64,000 nucleotides of DNA from Azolla caroliniana (taxonomy: Eukaryota > Plantae > Polypodiophyta): contig JBHGNT010000014.1 of assembly GCA_043228905.1 (NCBI GenBank), positions 2,976,001-3,040,000 of the forward strand. Direction: 5' to 3'. Below the pieces are notes generated by a model, which worked only from the letters and a program-made list of their open reading frames with translations, had not been told where the DNA came from and did no database searches. Positions 12,002-24,677 of this stretch are shown one piece after another. Positions within the stretch are counted from its first letter, which is position 1. Each line of letters starts with the position of its first letter. The position numbers and the translations under genes are program-made.

Positions 12002-13100
12002 GTGGTTGTCGCGGCATGCGAAGCCATATGGCTCAAGCGGCCCGGACAAAGCACGTTGACGTGCACTACCATTTTGTCTGTGAGTGAGTTGTCTCCGGTG
12101 CGGTGGATTTTTTGTATGTTCCTACAGATCGGAAGACTACCGATATCTCCACCAAACCTCTTAGCCTAGAAAAGTTGCGGCAATTTTCGAGTAAGCTTGA
12201 TTTGCAGCATCTCGACATGCCGAACTTGAGGGGGGAGAAGTACCAAGAGAGATGAAGTATGAGGACCCGAATCAGATGAAGAATTCAATTTCGGAATGGT
12301 TGAAGAAGCCGAGGACGGATGCAAGGGGAGTGATAAGAAGGAAGAGTCGGAACCAGAGCCAACCGAACCAAGGATGGAGGCCAAGACCAGGACATGGTCA
12401 TATATGGTCAAGGGCCTACAAGAAGATGAGTCGGAGATAGTTGACTCCGTCAAGAAGAGTGATTCAGAAATGCCAAATCACGTGGAGGCTAAACGGATGA
12501 GAAGGCAACCAAAGACGATGCCAAGGTAGGAAAGCGAACGGATCGAGGGGCGCCGAAGTCACAGAGGCAAGAATGAGGCCGACGAAGGCCTTGGCAATAG
12601 ACAAGTCGACCGAACGGGTCATGGAGCGCGAACAAGAAGGCATAAAGCCAAGGGAGGTCGGAGCGAAGAACCAACAAAGCAGAATGAACATCAAGTTGAG
12701 CTTGAGGGGGAGCGTCGAGAGATAGGCTCAACATGTGCTAGATCGGCTAAAGGAAGTCAACTAAAGAAGCCAACAATCGAGTTGGCTGAATAAGCCAACA
12801 ATTGGGCAACCTAGGATAAGGTTGGTAGGCCGTTAGAGCCTACATTCCTAATCTTAGTATTAGGAATAATTTGGTAGTTATAGCATTAAAGGGCCTACAT
12901 TCCTATAACATTAACGAGTCAAGTTAGTGTCAGGCTCATTTATAAGCATTCGAGTACTGATGGTACTTGTGTCAGTTCGTTGTTAAGCACTGAGCACAAT
13001 CATATGTACAGAGCACCATTATTTTGAATTCAGTTTTATTTCATTGTTTTGCTCTCTCTCTCTCTCTCTCTCTCTCTAATACGGTGTATTCTCCATTCTT
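12002..13100 (+). mobile_element. Copia 3' fragment (RNase H end, 3' extension, PPT, decayed LTR)
   Basis: RTKHVDVHYHFV-type RNase H end; TTGAGGGGGAG at ~12226 and ~12702; homologous to 34023-36148. Confidence 0.7.
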
Positions 13101-13633
13101 TGTGTTTACCTAAGTGTTATCCGTGGGATTGTTAGTGTTGACGTTTGAAAGTCGAATAGAAGCAAGAAGTAAAATGATAATGTCTATAGATGAAACCTAA
13201 GGAGAAAGAAATAAGAAGAAAAGGGAGAAAAGGAGAGAAGAAAAAGGGAGAAACATGACAGTAATTTGTGGAATTTTAAAAACTGGAGGGCATCAAAATA
13301 AAATTTCAAAAACTTGAAGGGCATTACCAAGAATTTCAAAAATATGAGGACAGATCCAAAACTTTTGTAGACTCGCGAAAACTCACATAAAATAAAAACA
13401 CATACACATACACACAATATCATTTTAAGACTTAAAAGAAAGTACCGAAGTTTTTATGTTCACAAATGTGCCGACCGAATGAGAGCTTCGTGTCGTTGAA
13501 ATATAAGTTTGTGTTACGCGTGTTCTGGTTGAGGGAGTTCCGATCAACGCGATAGGAGAAGACCGAGGGAGTTTAGGTCGTAAGTTCCAGTCCAAGTACC
13601 AATGTTTCGTGTTTATTGAAGGCATGTGGGTTC

Positions 13634-14929
13634 TGACGGGAACTGGACGTTCCTTATGTCCAACACTCGGCCACAACCGAGATTCTTTTCATACACAGAA
13701 AAAACAGGAAATAAAATACGATACAAAGGAGAGGAAGATACACACACACTACACAGGAGGTTTACGTGGAAAACCCCAAACTAGGGGAAAAACCACGGCA
13801 GCCCACAGGCTGCAAATTGTCACTATGTATGAATGTACAAAACAGTGAGTTCTCGGAGGCAACGACCTCGAACTCATGCTCTTCGCCACATGCGGCGGTT
13901 ACAACAGAGGCAACGACCTCTTTCTCTCTCTCTCTCTGTACACTATTACGTGCTCTCTGTTCTTCTTGCACCAACAAGAAAAGTAACAACAACCTGATAT
14001 TAGTTTGCCCTAAGTCATATTTATACTAATATGGCTTTTCGGCTATTTACAAATATAGCCACAATGGGCTCTCAGAAACATATTTACGAATATGTCTCTT
14101 CATCCGGTTCATACCGGGCCTGCACCATCCGGCTCTCCGTAGCCGGGTACTCCTCATCCGGTTCATACCGGGCCTGCACCATCCGGCTCTCCGTAGCCGG
14201 GGTCTTCCTCATACGGTTTCAGAAACATATTTACGAATATGTCTCTTCATCCGGTTCATACCGGGCCTGCACCATCCGGCTCTCCGTAGCCGGGTACTCC
14301 TCATCCGGTTCATACCGGGCCTGCACCATCCGGCTCTCCGTAGCCGGGGTCTTCCTCATACGGTTTCAGAAACATATTTACGAATATGTCTCTTCATCCG
14401 GTTCATACCGGGCCTGCACCATCCGGCTCTCCTTAGCCGGGTACTCCTCATCCGGTTCATACCGGGCATGCACCATCCGGCTCTCCGTAGCCGGGGTCTT
14501 CCTCATACGGTTTCAGAAACATATTTACGAATATGTCTCTTCATCCGGTTCATACCGGGCCTGCACCATCCGGCTCTCCGTAGCCGGGGTCTTCCTCATA
14601 CGGTTTCAGAAACATATTTACGAATATGTCTCTTCATCCGGTTCATACCGGGCCTGCACCATCCGGCTCTCCTTAGCCGGGTACTCCTCATCCGGTTCAT
14701 ACCGGGCATGCACCATCCGGCTCTCCGTAGTCGGGGTCTTCCTCATACGGTTTCAGAAACATATTTACGAATATGTCTCTTCATCCGGTTCATACCGGGC
14801 CTGCACCATCCGGCTCTCCGTAGCCGGGTACTCCTCATCCGGTTCATACATACGGTTTCGGCCTCGGCCGAGTTTGTTCATCGTCACTGATCTTCTCCCT
14901 TCCCATCCGGAGGGACCTGTCTCCCAATA
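13634..14929 (-). mobile_element. Copia solo LTR (1296 bp) with expanded U3 repeat array
   Basis: TSD GGTTC at 13629-13633 and 14930-14934; shares CTCGGCCACAACCGAG, TTGCCCTAAGTCATATTTATA and TCCCATCCG.AGGGACC with the LTRs of the copia at 15856. Confidence 0.88.
14073..14858. repeat. Higher-order tandem repeat (54-bp and 93-bp units) inside the solo LTR
   Basis: Near-identical TCATCCGGTTCATACCGGGCCTGCACCATCCGGCTCTCCGTAGCCGGG core with two alternating tails. Confidence 0.93.
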
Positions 14930-14940
14930 GGTTCACCTAT

Positions 14941-15650
14941 TGTTGTGAAGATTTTCGGCAATGGTGTGAAAATCGCGTGGAACGGACAAAATCGAGAAGG
15001 TGCAATGTGCACCTTACATGCATACATTAGCATGTTGTAAATATGAATGAAATGAGAATCCAGAAAAGAACGGCTAGATTTACGGATAAACAGTGCACGT
15101 GTGATGCGCACACATTACACAAACACTTGAAAATAATCCTAGGGCCTAGCGGCATTTCTGTGCATACCGAGCGATGCAAGTATCGAGGTTTTGAACCTTG
15201 CACCTCCAAGATAGAAGATAAGTAAATTACCACTAAGCTAAATTGTTTCATCATTGTATTATTTACATCTAAATTCTTATACATGAGAGCTTGAATGAGT
15301 GACATGGTTATCATGCATCACATGCATTGTATGCATGTCTTGTACCCTCACATGCATAATATGCATGAGGGCATCTATATAAGAAAGAAAGAAAAAGAAA
15401 AAGGGGAAAATCAAGCTATGTACTGAATCAAGAAATTGATAATAAAAATCAAGTTATCTTATTGGTGATGTATCTTGTCTCTCAAAATTGAAGTCTAGGG
15501 TTCAATCTTAGAATTGGAATTTCCATCTATCTCTCTCTCTATCTTAAATACTTTCTAAGTGCTTTACGCTAGTAAAAACATCGATTCATTCCAATCCAGG
15601 GCTCCGGTAGTCCCGCTTCATTTCGTGAACACACGAGGATTTTCTCGACA
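14941..15650 (+). mobile_element. Solo LTR (710 bp) of the Trp-primed gypsy lineage
   Basis: Termini TGTTGTGAAG...TCTCGACA match TGTCGTGAAG...TCTCGACA of the 48888 LTR; flanks CTAT/CCGT; removing it restores the host repeat seen at ~8552-8585. Confidence 0.7.
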
Positions 15651-16479
15651 CCGTGCAAGGCACTGTCCCATGGGCATGCCATATGTGTTATCCATGGGAT
15701 TGTCAGTGCATTAGTGTATAAGTGATGGTACATGGATAGATAAGTGTAAAGTCTTTGTATTAAAAGTCATGCACATTGATGTGAATGTGTGCAAAAATGA
15801 GTGTGTTCTAAAGTGGGTTTAGGTTGTTGGAAGGTTATGTAACTAACCTACAAGCTGTTGGGAATAGACCCTTCTATTCACCTTCACCACTCGGCCACAA
15901 CCGAGAAATCGCGAATCAATGGAGCAGAAAATAGGAACCACAAAGAGAAACAAAACGCGAGTACACCGGGATTAACGTGGAAAACCCTAGACGGGAAAAA
16001 CCACGGGAGTACAAGACTCCAAACCAACACTATACAGAGAAGTATACAATGGCGAGCTGCAAGGCGACGACCTTGAGCTCGCTTTCTTCGCCACAGGCGG
16101 CGGAAATACACAGAGGCGTCTACCTCTTCCTCTCTCGCGCTCTATGTCTCTCTCTCTCACGCGGCTGCACTCTCTCTTCACTCCTCGTGAGTGGAAAAAC
16201 AGAAAAATGATAAGCAGCTACAAAACTATTTGCCCTAAGTCATATTTATACATATATGACTTTGGGGCTATTTACAACTATAGCCTCAGGGGCCCTTAGC
16301 AGACATATTCACGGATATGTCCCTGCATCCGGATCTCTTCTTCGGGTACATTCGTCATCCGACTCCGAAGTCGGGGTCTTCATCATCCGGTTCCGAAACC
16401 GAAACCGGGCTTGTCGGCATTCATCTCCGACATCCGACCATCCCATCCGAAGGGACCGTAATCCCAACAAACTCCCCCT

Positions 16480-19400
16480 TCACTTCGGCATGGGATGTCT
16501 CTCCAATCCGATCCTCTTCCGGCATGCTTCCAGCTTGTCGGGTGTGAGCACCTTGGTCAGCATATCCGACCCGTTCTCGTCCGTGTGGACCTTCGTCAGC
16601 ACGAACTCCTTGTCTTCTATCCTTTCCCGGATCCAGTGATATCTTCGCTGGATGTGCTTCGTCCGGGAGTGATAGGCCGCGTTCTTCGCAAGGTGGATTG
16701 CACTCTGACTGTCGCAGTAGAGTCGGTACTCCTCCTGCCGGATACCGAGCTCTCTAATGAAGTCCTTCATCCATATTATTTCCTTGCCGGCTTCAACAGC
16801 TGCCATGTACTCCGCCTCCGTGGTTGACAACGCAACCGTCTTCTGCAGCCTCGACTGCCATGAAACAGCTCCCCCTGCATACGTCATCACATACCCTGAT
16901 GTGGACCGGCTGGTATCTACATCAGCCGACATATCCGAATCGGTGAAGCCGTCGAGTTCGGGCTTACCGGAGCCGAATCGGAGGCACACGTTTGCCGTGC
17001 CCTTCAGGTATCGGAGTATCCACTTGGCCGCGTTCCAATGCTCTTTGCCGGGATTGCTCATGTACCGGCTCACCACTCCGACTGCATATCCGATGTCCGG
17101 TCTCGTACACACCATGGCGTACATTAAGCTCCCGACGGCTGAAGCATATGGCACTTTCATCATATCCTCCTTTTCAGCCGTTGTCTTGGGACTTTGCTTG
17201 TTGGACAGCTTGCAGTTTGTCGGGAGGGTCGATCCGACCGGTCTTGCTTCCGACATGTTGAACCGGTGAAGCACCTTCGTCACGTACTTCTCCTGTGACA
17301 GCCACAACTGCTTCTTCTTCCGGTCCCGGATGATGTGCATCCCTAGTATTTGCCTCGCCGGACCCAAGTCCTTCATTGAGAAGGTTCGGTGAAGAGCCTT
17401 CTTCAGCATCCGTATCTTGACCTGGTCCCGTCCGACGATCAACATGTCGTCCACGTACAGGAGGAGTATTAGGAAGTCTCCTCCTTCGAACTTCTTCACA
17501 AACACGCAGTGGTCGGACTGCGTTTTGAGGTACCCTTCGTCGGTCATGAAGGAGTCGAACTTCCGGTACCATTGCCGGGGGGCCTGCTTCAGTCCGTAGA
17601 GGCTCTTCTTCAACCGGCATACCAGGTGCTCCTTCCCTTTCTTCTCGAATCCTTCCGGTTGCTGCATGTAGATCTCTTCATCGAGGTCACCGTGAAGGAA
17701 TGCCGTCTTCACGTCCATCTGTTCTACCTCGAGGTCCATGCTTGCCGCTATGCTCAGCACCGTCCGGATGGAGGTCATCTTCACTACCGGGGCAAATATC
17801 TCATCGAAGTCGACGCCCTTCTTCTGCTGAAACCCCTTCACCACGATCCTGGCTTTGTATCTCGGGGGGTTTCCGGCATCTCCCGGTTTCAGCTTGAACA
17901 CCCACTTGTTTCGAAGTGCCCGCTTTCCTTTCGGCAACTCCACAAGTTCATATGTGTGGTTCTCATGCAGGGAATCCATCTCGTCCTGCATGGCACTCAA
18001 CCACCTGCGGCTCTGGGTGTCGTGCTTTGCTTCTTCAAAGCTCTCCGGCTCCCCCTCGTCGGTTAGCAGCACGTGCTCTGGATCCGGAAATCTCCGGGGG
18101 GCCCTCCTCTCTCTTAGAGGATATCTCCGTTCGGGAGCTTCGGTAACCGGTTCTTCCGATTCTTCTTCTTCATCCGAATCCATTTCGGGATCGGGGCCGG
18201 TTCCGGTATCATTTTCATCTTCTTCGGCCGGTTCTGTTTCTTCACCGTCTTCGGCCGGATCCTCGAGTGCTAACCGGTCCCTTGCCGGTCGGGACTGCTC
18301 CTCGTAGAGTTGATCCTCACCGGTCGACTTGGAGCTCTTCATCTTCTTCTCCGACTCCTAGTCGGCGAGTGTCTTGTTCTCCATGAAGATGATATCGCGA
18401 CTCCGGAATATCTTCTTGTCAACCGGGTCCCATACTCGGTAGCCGAACTCGTCGTCGCCGTAACCGAGGAATATGCATGGCCGGGTCTTTGGATCTAGCT
18501 TTCCTCTCCGGTCCTTTGCCACATGCACGTATGCGAGACACCCGAACACCTTCAGATGCCGGTAGGATACTTCCCTACCGGTCCACACTCTCTGCGGCGT
18601 GTCTCCGTCCAAAGGTACTGAGGGTGATCTGTTTATCACATATGTCGCCGTCGACATTGCCTCAGCCCAAAACCCCTTGGGTAATTTCGCATGCGCCAGC
18701 ATACTCCGGACCCTCTCCATTATGGTCCGGTTCATCCTCTCGGCCAGCCCGTTCAGTTCCGGCGTCTTCGGCACAGTAAACTCGAGTCGGATTCCCTTCG
18801 AGCGACAGTACTCCTGGAACTGCCCCCGGTATTCCCCTCCGTTATCCGCTCGTATCGCTTTCAGCTTCTTGCCAGATTCCCTTTCCACTCTCGCGTGGAG
18901 TTCTTTGAAGATGCACAACACTTGGTCCTTTGTCTTCATCGGTGCCGTCCACAGTTTTCGGCTATGATCATCGATGAATGTTACGAAGTACTGGGCTCCG
19001 CCATGTGACTTCGTCTCTACCTGACACACGTCAGTGTGCACCAACTCCAATGGTGCGCTACGTCTCGTCGGTGGCCTTGAGTGGAAGGAGGTTCGGTTCT
19101 GCTTACCGGCCAGGCAATCGGTGCACTTCTCCAGGTGCACATGCTTCACTGGGATGAGGTTGTCTTCTGCAAGCCTCTTCATCCCCTTCTCACTCATGTG
19201 GCACAGTCTTTTGTGCCACAGCTCACCGGCAGTGTCGGCTGCCACATTCAACTCTTCCGGACATAGCCGGGCATTCATCAGGTACAGTGTGTTGTCTTTC
19301 CGGGCCCGAGCCACTATCAGGCTCCCCTTGCTGAACTTCATTACGCCGTTCCGGATGCTACCTGTGTAGCCTTCATCGTCTAGCCTCCCGGCCGAAATCA

Positions 19401-20556
19401 GGTTCAATCGAACCTCCGGAACGTGTCGGACATCCTTCAACAGCATTTTGCATCCAGTCGGGGTTGTCAACCACACGTCTCCTATGCTGGCAATCCGGCA
19501 CGTACCTTCATTTCCCATCCGAACACAGCCATGCTCACCGGCTGTGTAGGATGAGAAGTATCTTCTCTCCGGGGTCAGGTGGAACGATGCTCCGGAATCG
19601 ACCACCCAGGTCGTCTCATCGCCGGCAACGTTTAGCTCACCTTCTTCGGTGATGAGCATGATTTCTTCCTCACTTGCCGCGAGTGCCGTTGTTCCTTTCC
19701 GGTCCTGCCCTCGCCGATCCGAACCTCTCCGGTCCGTGGCTCCCCGGTATGCACCGTTTCTCTCCGGTGACTTCTTCGAGTCGGTGTCGTCGGCTCCGTT
19801 GTCTTTTCGGTAATGCCGACAATTCTTTCGGAAGTGCCCCGGCTTCCCACAGTGGAAGCATGTGGGTCTTCCTCTTGACTGCGACCGGGTCCCCGACTTC
19901 TCCCGTCTTTGCGGACTCCGGTTCCATTGTCTTCCCCGATCCGATTTGGTAAGCAGCGCCTTCGAGTCGGAGGCCGGTTCTTTATCTCTCCGACGCGCTT
20001 CTTCGTTCAAAATACTTGTCTTTACCGTTTGCAAGGACAAGTTATCTTCTGTGCAGGAGGTGCTGAGAGTCACCACCAAGTTCTCCCAGCTTTCCGGCAA
20101 TGTACACATCAGGATGATGGCTTGCATCGCATCCTCCAACCGGAACTTGATCGCCGCAAGCTGATTCACGAATCCCATGAACGTGCTTACGTGTTCCACC
20201 ATACTCTCGCCGTCCCGGTACTTGAGATTCACTATCTTCCTCATCAGGGAGGTCCGGTTCAACGCATTCTTCCTCTCATAGAGGCCCGACAGCTTCTTCC
20301 ACATCTCATATGCGTTGGTGTCGTTCACCACATGTTGTAGGACGCTTACATCGACATATTGTCGGATCGTCGCTACGGCTTTCCGGTTCAGGAGCTTCCA
20401 CTCCGACTCAAGTACCCCTTTCGGTATTTCCGACCTGTCAATCGGTTCGTACAGGTCCCGAACAATCAGAAGATCCTCCATCTTGATCTTCCAGTCGGCG
20501 TAATTCTGCGCATTCAGCACCATCATCCCCGGCTGCCCGCTGCCGCCGCCTTCCAT
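16480..20556 (-). pseudogene. gag-pol: Copia gag-pol polyprotein (Gag, PR, IN, RT, RNase H) with one in-frame TAG
   Basis: CFHCGKPGHFRKNC, WVVDSGAS, LWHKRLCH, RADNGGEY, QMDVKTAFLHG, YVDDML, RTKHI; the two ORFs are in the same frame, separated by TAG at 18358-18360. Confidence 0.93.
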
Positions 20557-20571
20557 TTTCTGCAGCAGTTC

Positions 20572-20583
20572 GCTCTGATACCA
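20572..20583 (-). promoter_or_regulatory. PBS, tRNA-iMet
   Basis: Minus strand TGGTATCAGAGC 3 nt from the LTR. Confidence 0.93.
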
Positions 20584-21302
20584 GTTTGTTGGGAATAGAC
20601 CCTTCTATTCACCTTCACCACTCGGCCACAACCGAGAAATCGCGAATCAATGGAGCAGAAAATAGGAACCACAAAGAGAAACAAAACGCGAGTACACCGG
20701 GATTAACATGGAAAACCCTAGACGGGAAAAACCACGGGAGTACAAGACTCCAAACCAACACTATACAGAGAAGTATACAATGGCGAGCTGCAAGGCAACG
20801 ACCTTGAGCTCGCTTTCTTCGCCACAGGCGGCGGAAATACACAGAGGCGTCTACCTCTTCCTCTCTCGCGCTCTATGTCTCTCTCTCTCACGCGGCTGCA
20901 CTCTCTCTTCACTCCTCGTGAGTGGAAAAACAGAAAAATGATAAGCAGCTACAAAACTATTTGCCCTAAGTCATATTTATACATATATGACTTTGGGGCT
21001 ATTTACAACTATAGCCTCAGGGGCCCTTAGCAGACATATTCACGGATATGTCCCTGCATCCGGATCTCTTCTTCGGGTACATTCGTCATCCGACTCCGAA
21101 GTCGGGGTCTTCATCATCCGGTTCCGAAACCGAAACCGGGCTTGTCGGCATTCATCTCCGACATCCGACCATCCCATCCGAAGGGACCGTAATCCCAACA
21201 CAAGCCTCATTGTATGTTCTTGGATTGTGATCCTCATATAATGTACCTATATAACCCCACCATAGGGGACATGAATACAAGGAGTAGTTTTTCCCTCTCA
21301 AT

Positions 21303-21343
<41 letters not shown>

Positions 21344-21409
21344 CCTCATGCTCAAACCCCTCGGAAATGGGGTGGAGCTATTCTTGGTTCCAAGCCCCAC
21401 CCGTCAACA

Positions 21410-22390
21410 CTAAGTGTTGTTATAGTCCGGTTGCGCCAACTACGTTTGTGTACAAGCTTCTACATCTTATTCTTTTCAACGACATTCGCCAATAGCTGTC
21501 CAAATCTCAATTTGGAGAAGACAATCGGGCAAGTCCTCATTGAGGACATTCGGCGAAAATCGATGGGACTCACCCTCAATGAATCGGCAGAAGGCCACTA
21601 CTTGGTTGAGTCGATCGGACGAACCAGCCGGTCGAGAGAACAAGCCGAAAGAACCAATCAAAACACTAGTCGATCGAGAAGAAGGGAAGATCGACAACGG
21701 TCAAAGTTGAGGAATAGTTGATCATTTGATTCTGCACTCATTGTAGAAAGGCTAGTGACAAAGTTTCTAACTACTAGTTGATAAAAAAAAGGAGAGTGGA
21801 CGGTGATTCGAAGGGAATCCCAGACAGTCTGACTCAGACCATGCTCGAATCGGCAACCAATACAATGTTGCTGAATCCCGGTCGAGAGAAATCCTCTCCC
21901 TGGAAGATTCGTTGACCGATGAAGTCTTATACAATGCGCAAAACATGCAAACATGGTTGTTGGACTCCGGCGCCGCATTTCATGTGACCCCCAACATCAA
22001 ATGGTTTTCGAACTATTCGGTCAGAGCCAACGACACATTTCGACTAGGCAACGAGCAGGAGTGCATAATCACAAGGATCGGCGAGGTCCCCATCCAATTG
22101 TCGAATGACAATACTATCACCTTGCACTGATTCCGGCACATACCCGAGCTAAGAAGGAGTCTAGTCTCCATTGGCATGTTAGCCGAAGCCAGGTACCGAA
22201 TGACTCTTAGTGAATCATCATGGACGATCGACCGAGGGAATATGAAAATCGGTTGCGGATACAAGCACAACAACTTATATCTGTTGATGGGGCCGTGAAC
22301 GTAGTCGATTCATCAGAATCAAAGTTATGGCATGGCCAACTTGGCCATATGACGTAAGCCAGATTGGACCATGTTAAGCGCTTGGATCGC
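21410..22390 (+). pseudogene. Degenerate copia gag-protease-GAG-pre-integrase fragment
   Basis: WLLDSGAAFHVTP and KLWHGQLGHMT-like motifs with stops. Confidence 0.75.
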
Positions 22391-22829
22391 ACCACAATCG
22401 GTCATGAAGAAGAGTGCATCAACAAGGACATAGTACGGCTAAGGGAACTTTGAAGAGGAAATGACAAGAGGAAAAAGAGGTAATGGGCAGCCAAGTGTGA
22501 AAGAGGCATACTCTAAATGTAAATGGGTGAAAGCATGCAAGTGGAAACAATTAGCTATGTCCTTGACATAGCTAATTAGATATGCAAAAAGCTACCATTG
22601 ATAAATAGTCATTTTTGCAAAAAGCTACCATTGATAAATTAGCTATGTAAAAAGCTACCATTGAAAATAGTAGAGATTTTTAATTATATAAATGAGCACC
22701 ATAAATGTGCAACATAAATTATATACCGAATTCCTAGGTCCATTATACATGATCCTTTGCCACATCGCATGGGCCATCTCTGGTTGAGTATTCTGGCTTA
22801 GATTACTACCACTATTGCTAAACCCTATT

Positions 22830-24520
22830 GAGTCCACTCCTCCATTGCTGCCATTCTACACTCAGTTACCGACATTGTGTGGCCCAAGTATCATCTGCCA
22901 CTGTTCGATCTGACGGAGTTCACTCCTCCATTGACACCATTCTACACTCACATGCCGCCACTGTTCAGTCCAAGCATCATCTGCCAAATTCACTCCTCCG
23001 TTGCCGCCACTCTACACTCACTTGTTGCTACTGTGAAGGTCGTATATTGTTGCCACTTTTCAATCTAACGAAGTTAACTCCTTCTCCACTACTACCATTC
23101 TACTCTTAGTTGCTGTCACTGTGCATTCTGACAAGAACTACACGCTCCCTTTGAACAACGCTCGGCCACAACCGAGCCTAGAATAAAGCATAGAAAACAG
23201 GGAATGAAACACAACACGATAGAGAGAAGAGTACACAGGATGTTTACGTGGAAAACCCAAAATCGGGAAAAAACCACGACAGCCCATAGACCGCAAACTA
23301 TCACTATGTCAGAATGTACAATAAGAAAGCACCGAGGCCACAACCTCGAGCTTGCTATCTTCGCCATAGGCAGCAGTTACAATCAGAGGCAACGACCTCT
23401 TCCTCTCTCTCACTCTCTCTGTACACAGTTGCGCACTCTAATCTTGCGCCAACAAGAATGACAACAACTCTCTCGCACTGTCTCATACAAAAAGTTTGCC
23501 CTAAGTCATATTTATACTAATATGACTTTTCGGCTATTTACAAATATAGCCACGATGGACTCTCAGAAACATATTTACGAATATGTCTCTTCATCCGGTG
23601 AGCACTCACCGGGCCTGCATCATCCGGCACTTGCCGGGTACTCGTCATCCGGTTCTCACCAGGTCTTCCGTTTCCAGGTACTCCTCATCCGGTTCTCACC
23701 AGGTCTGCAACATCCAGCTCTCCGTAGCCAGGTACTCGTCATCCGGTTCTCATCGGGTCTTCCGTAGCTGGGTATTCCTCATCCGGTTTCTTTTGACTTC
23801 CCATCCGGAGGGACCTATTTCCTAACACATTCCAAGCATCATTTGCCACTGGTCGATCTGATGGAGTTCACTCCTCCATTGCCATCATTCTACACTCAGT
23901 TGCTGTTATTGTTCGGTCCTGGATTGCTTCCACTTTTCGATTTGACAGAGTCCACTCATCCATTGCCATCATTCTACACTTAGTTGTCGCTATAGTTTAG
24001 TCATGTATTGCTGTCACTTTTCGATCTGATGGAGTTCACTCCTTCTCCACTGTCGCCATTGTACTCTTAGTTGTCGTCACTGTGCATTCCAAGCATCATC
24101 TGCCACTATTCGATCTGATGGAGTTCACTCCTTCATTGCCATCATTCTACACTCAGTTTCCGCTTCTGTTCGGTCATGGATTGTTGCCACTTTTCGATTT
24201 GACAGAGTTCACTCATCCATTGCCATCATTCTACACTCAGTTGATGCTACCACTTTTCGATTCAAGGGAGTTCACTCCTTCTCCATTGCTGCCATTCTGT
24301 ACTCTCAATTGTCGTCATTGTGCGTTCCAAGCATCATCTGCCACTGGTCGATTCGACGGAATTCACTCCATTGCCATCATTCTACACTCAGTTGCCGCCC
24401 TTGTTCGGTCCTAGATTGCCAAAACTATTCGATCAAACGGAGTTCACTCCTCCACTACCGCCATTCTACACTCAGTTGCCGCCACTATTCGGCCCTGGAT
24501 TACCACCATTGTTTGGTCCT
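22830..24520. repeat. Degenerate ~60-90-bp tandem repeat array upstream of the transposase, split by a solo LTR
   Basis: Recurrent TTCGATCTGA.GGAGTTCACTCCT...CCATTGCCATCATTCTACACTCAGTTG. Confidence 0.85.
23129..23827 (-). mobile_element. Copia solo LTR (699 bp)
   Basis: TGACAAG...CCTAACA, TSD CATTC at 23124-23128 and 23828-23832; homologous to the 13634 solo LTR. Confidence 0.9.
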
Positions 24521-24677
24521 AGATTTTAATAACTATTTTGTCTATTGATTATCTTGTGTATTGTTGTGTATAATCTTGTGTATTGCGGAATATTTTTGTG
24601 TATTGTTGTTGCCCATAGCCATCTTTAATACGTGTCTTTTTTTCGGGAAAATTAGGGTTTAAACCCGTCAAGCCAAA

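Larger units (their letters stand above)
15856..21200 (-). mobile_element. Full-length young Ty1/copia retrotransposon
   Basis: 614-bp LTRs 15856-16469 and 20587-21200 (two mismatches noticed), TSD CAAGC on both sides, iMet PBS 20572-20583, PPT 16470-16479. Confidence 0.97.

Noticed and set aside
14031-14930. 299-aa repetitive ORF as a real protein
   Set aside because: It arises from stop-free repeat units that are multiples of 3 inside a solo LTR
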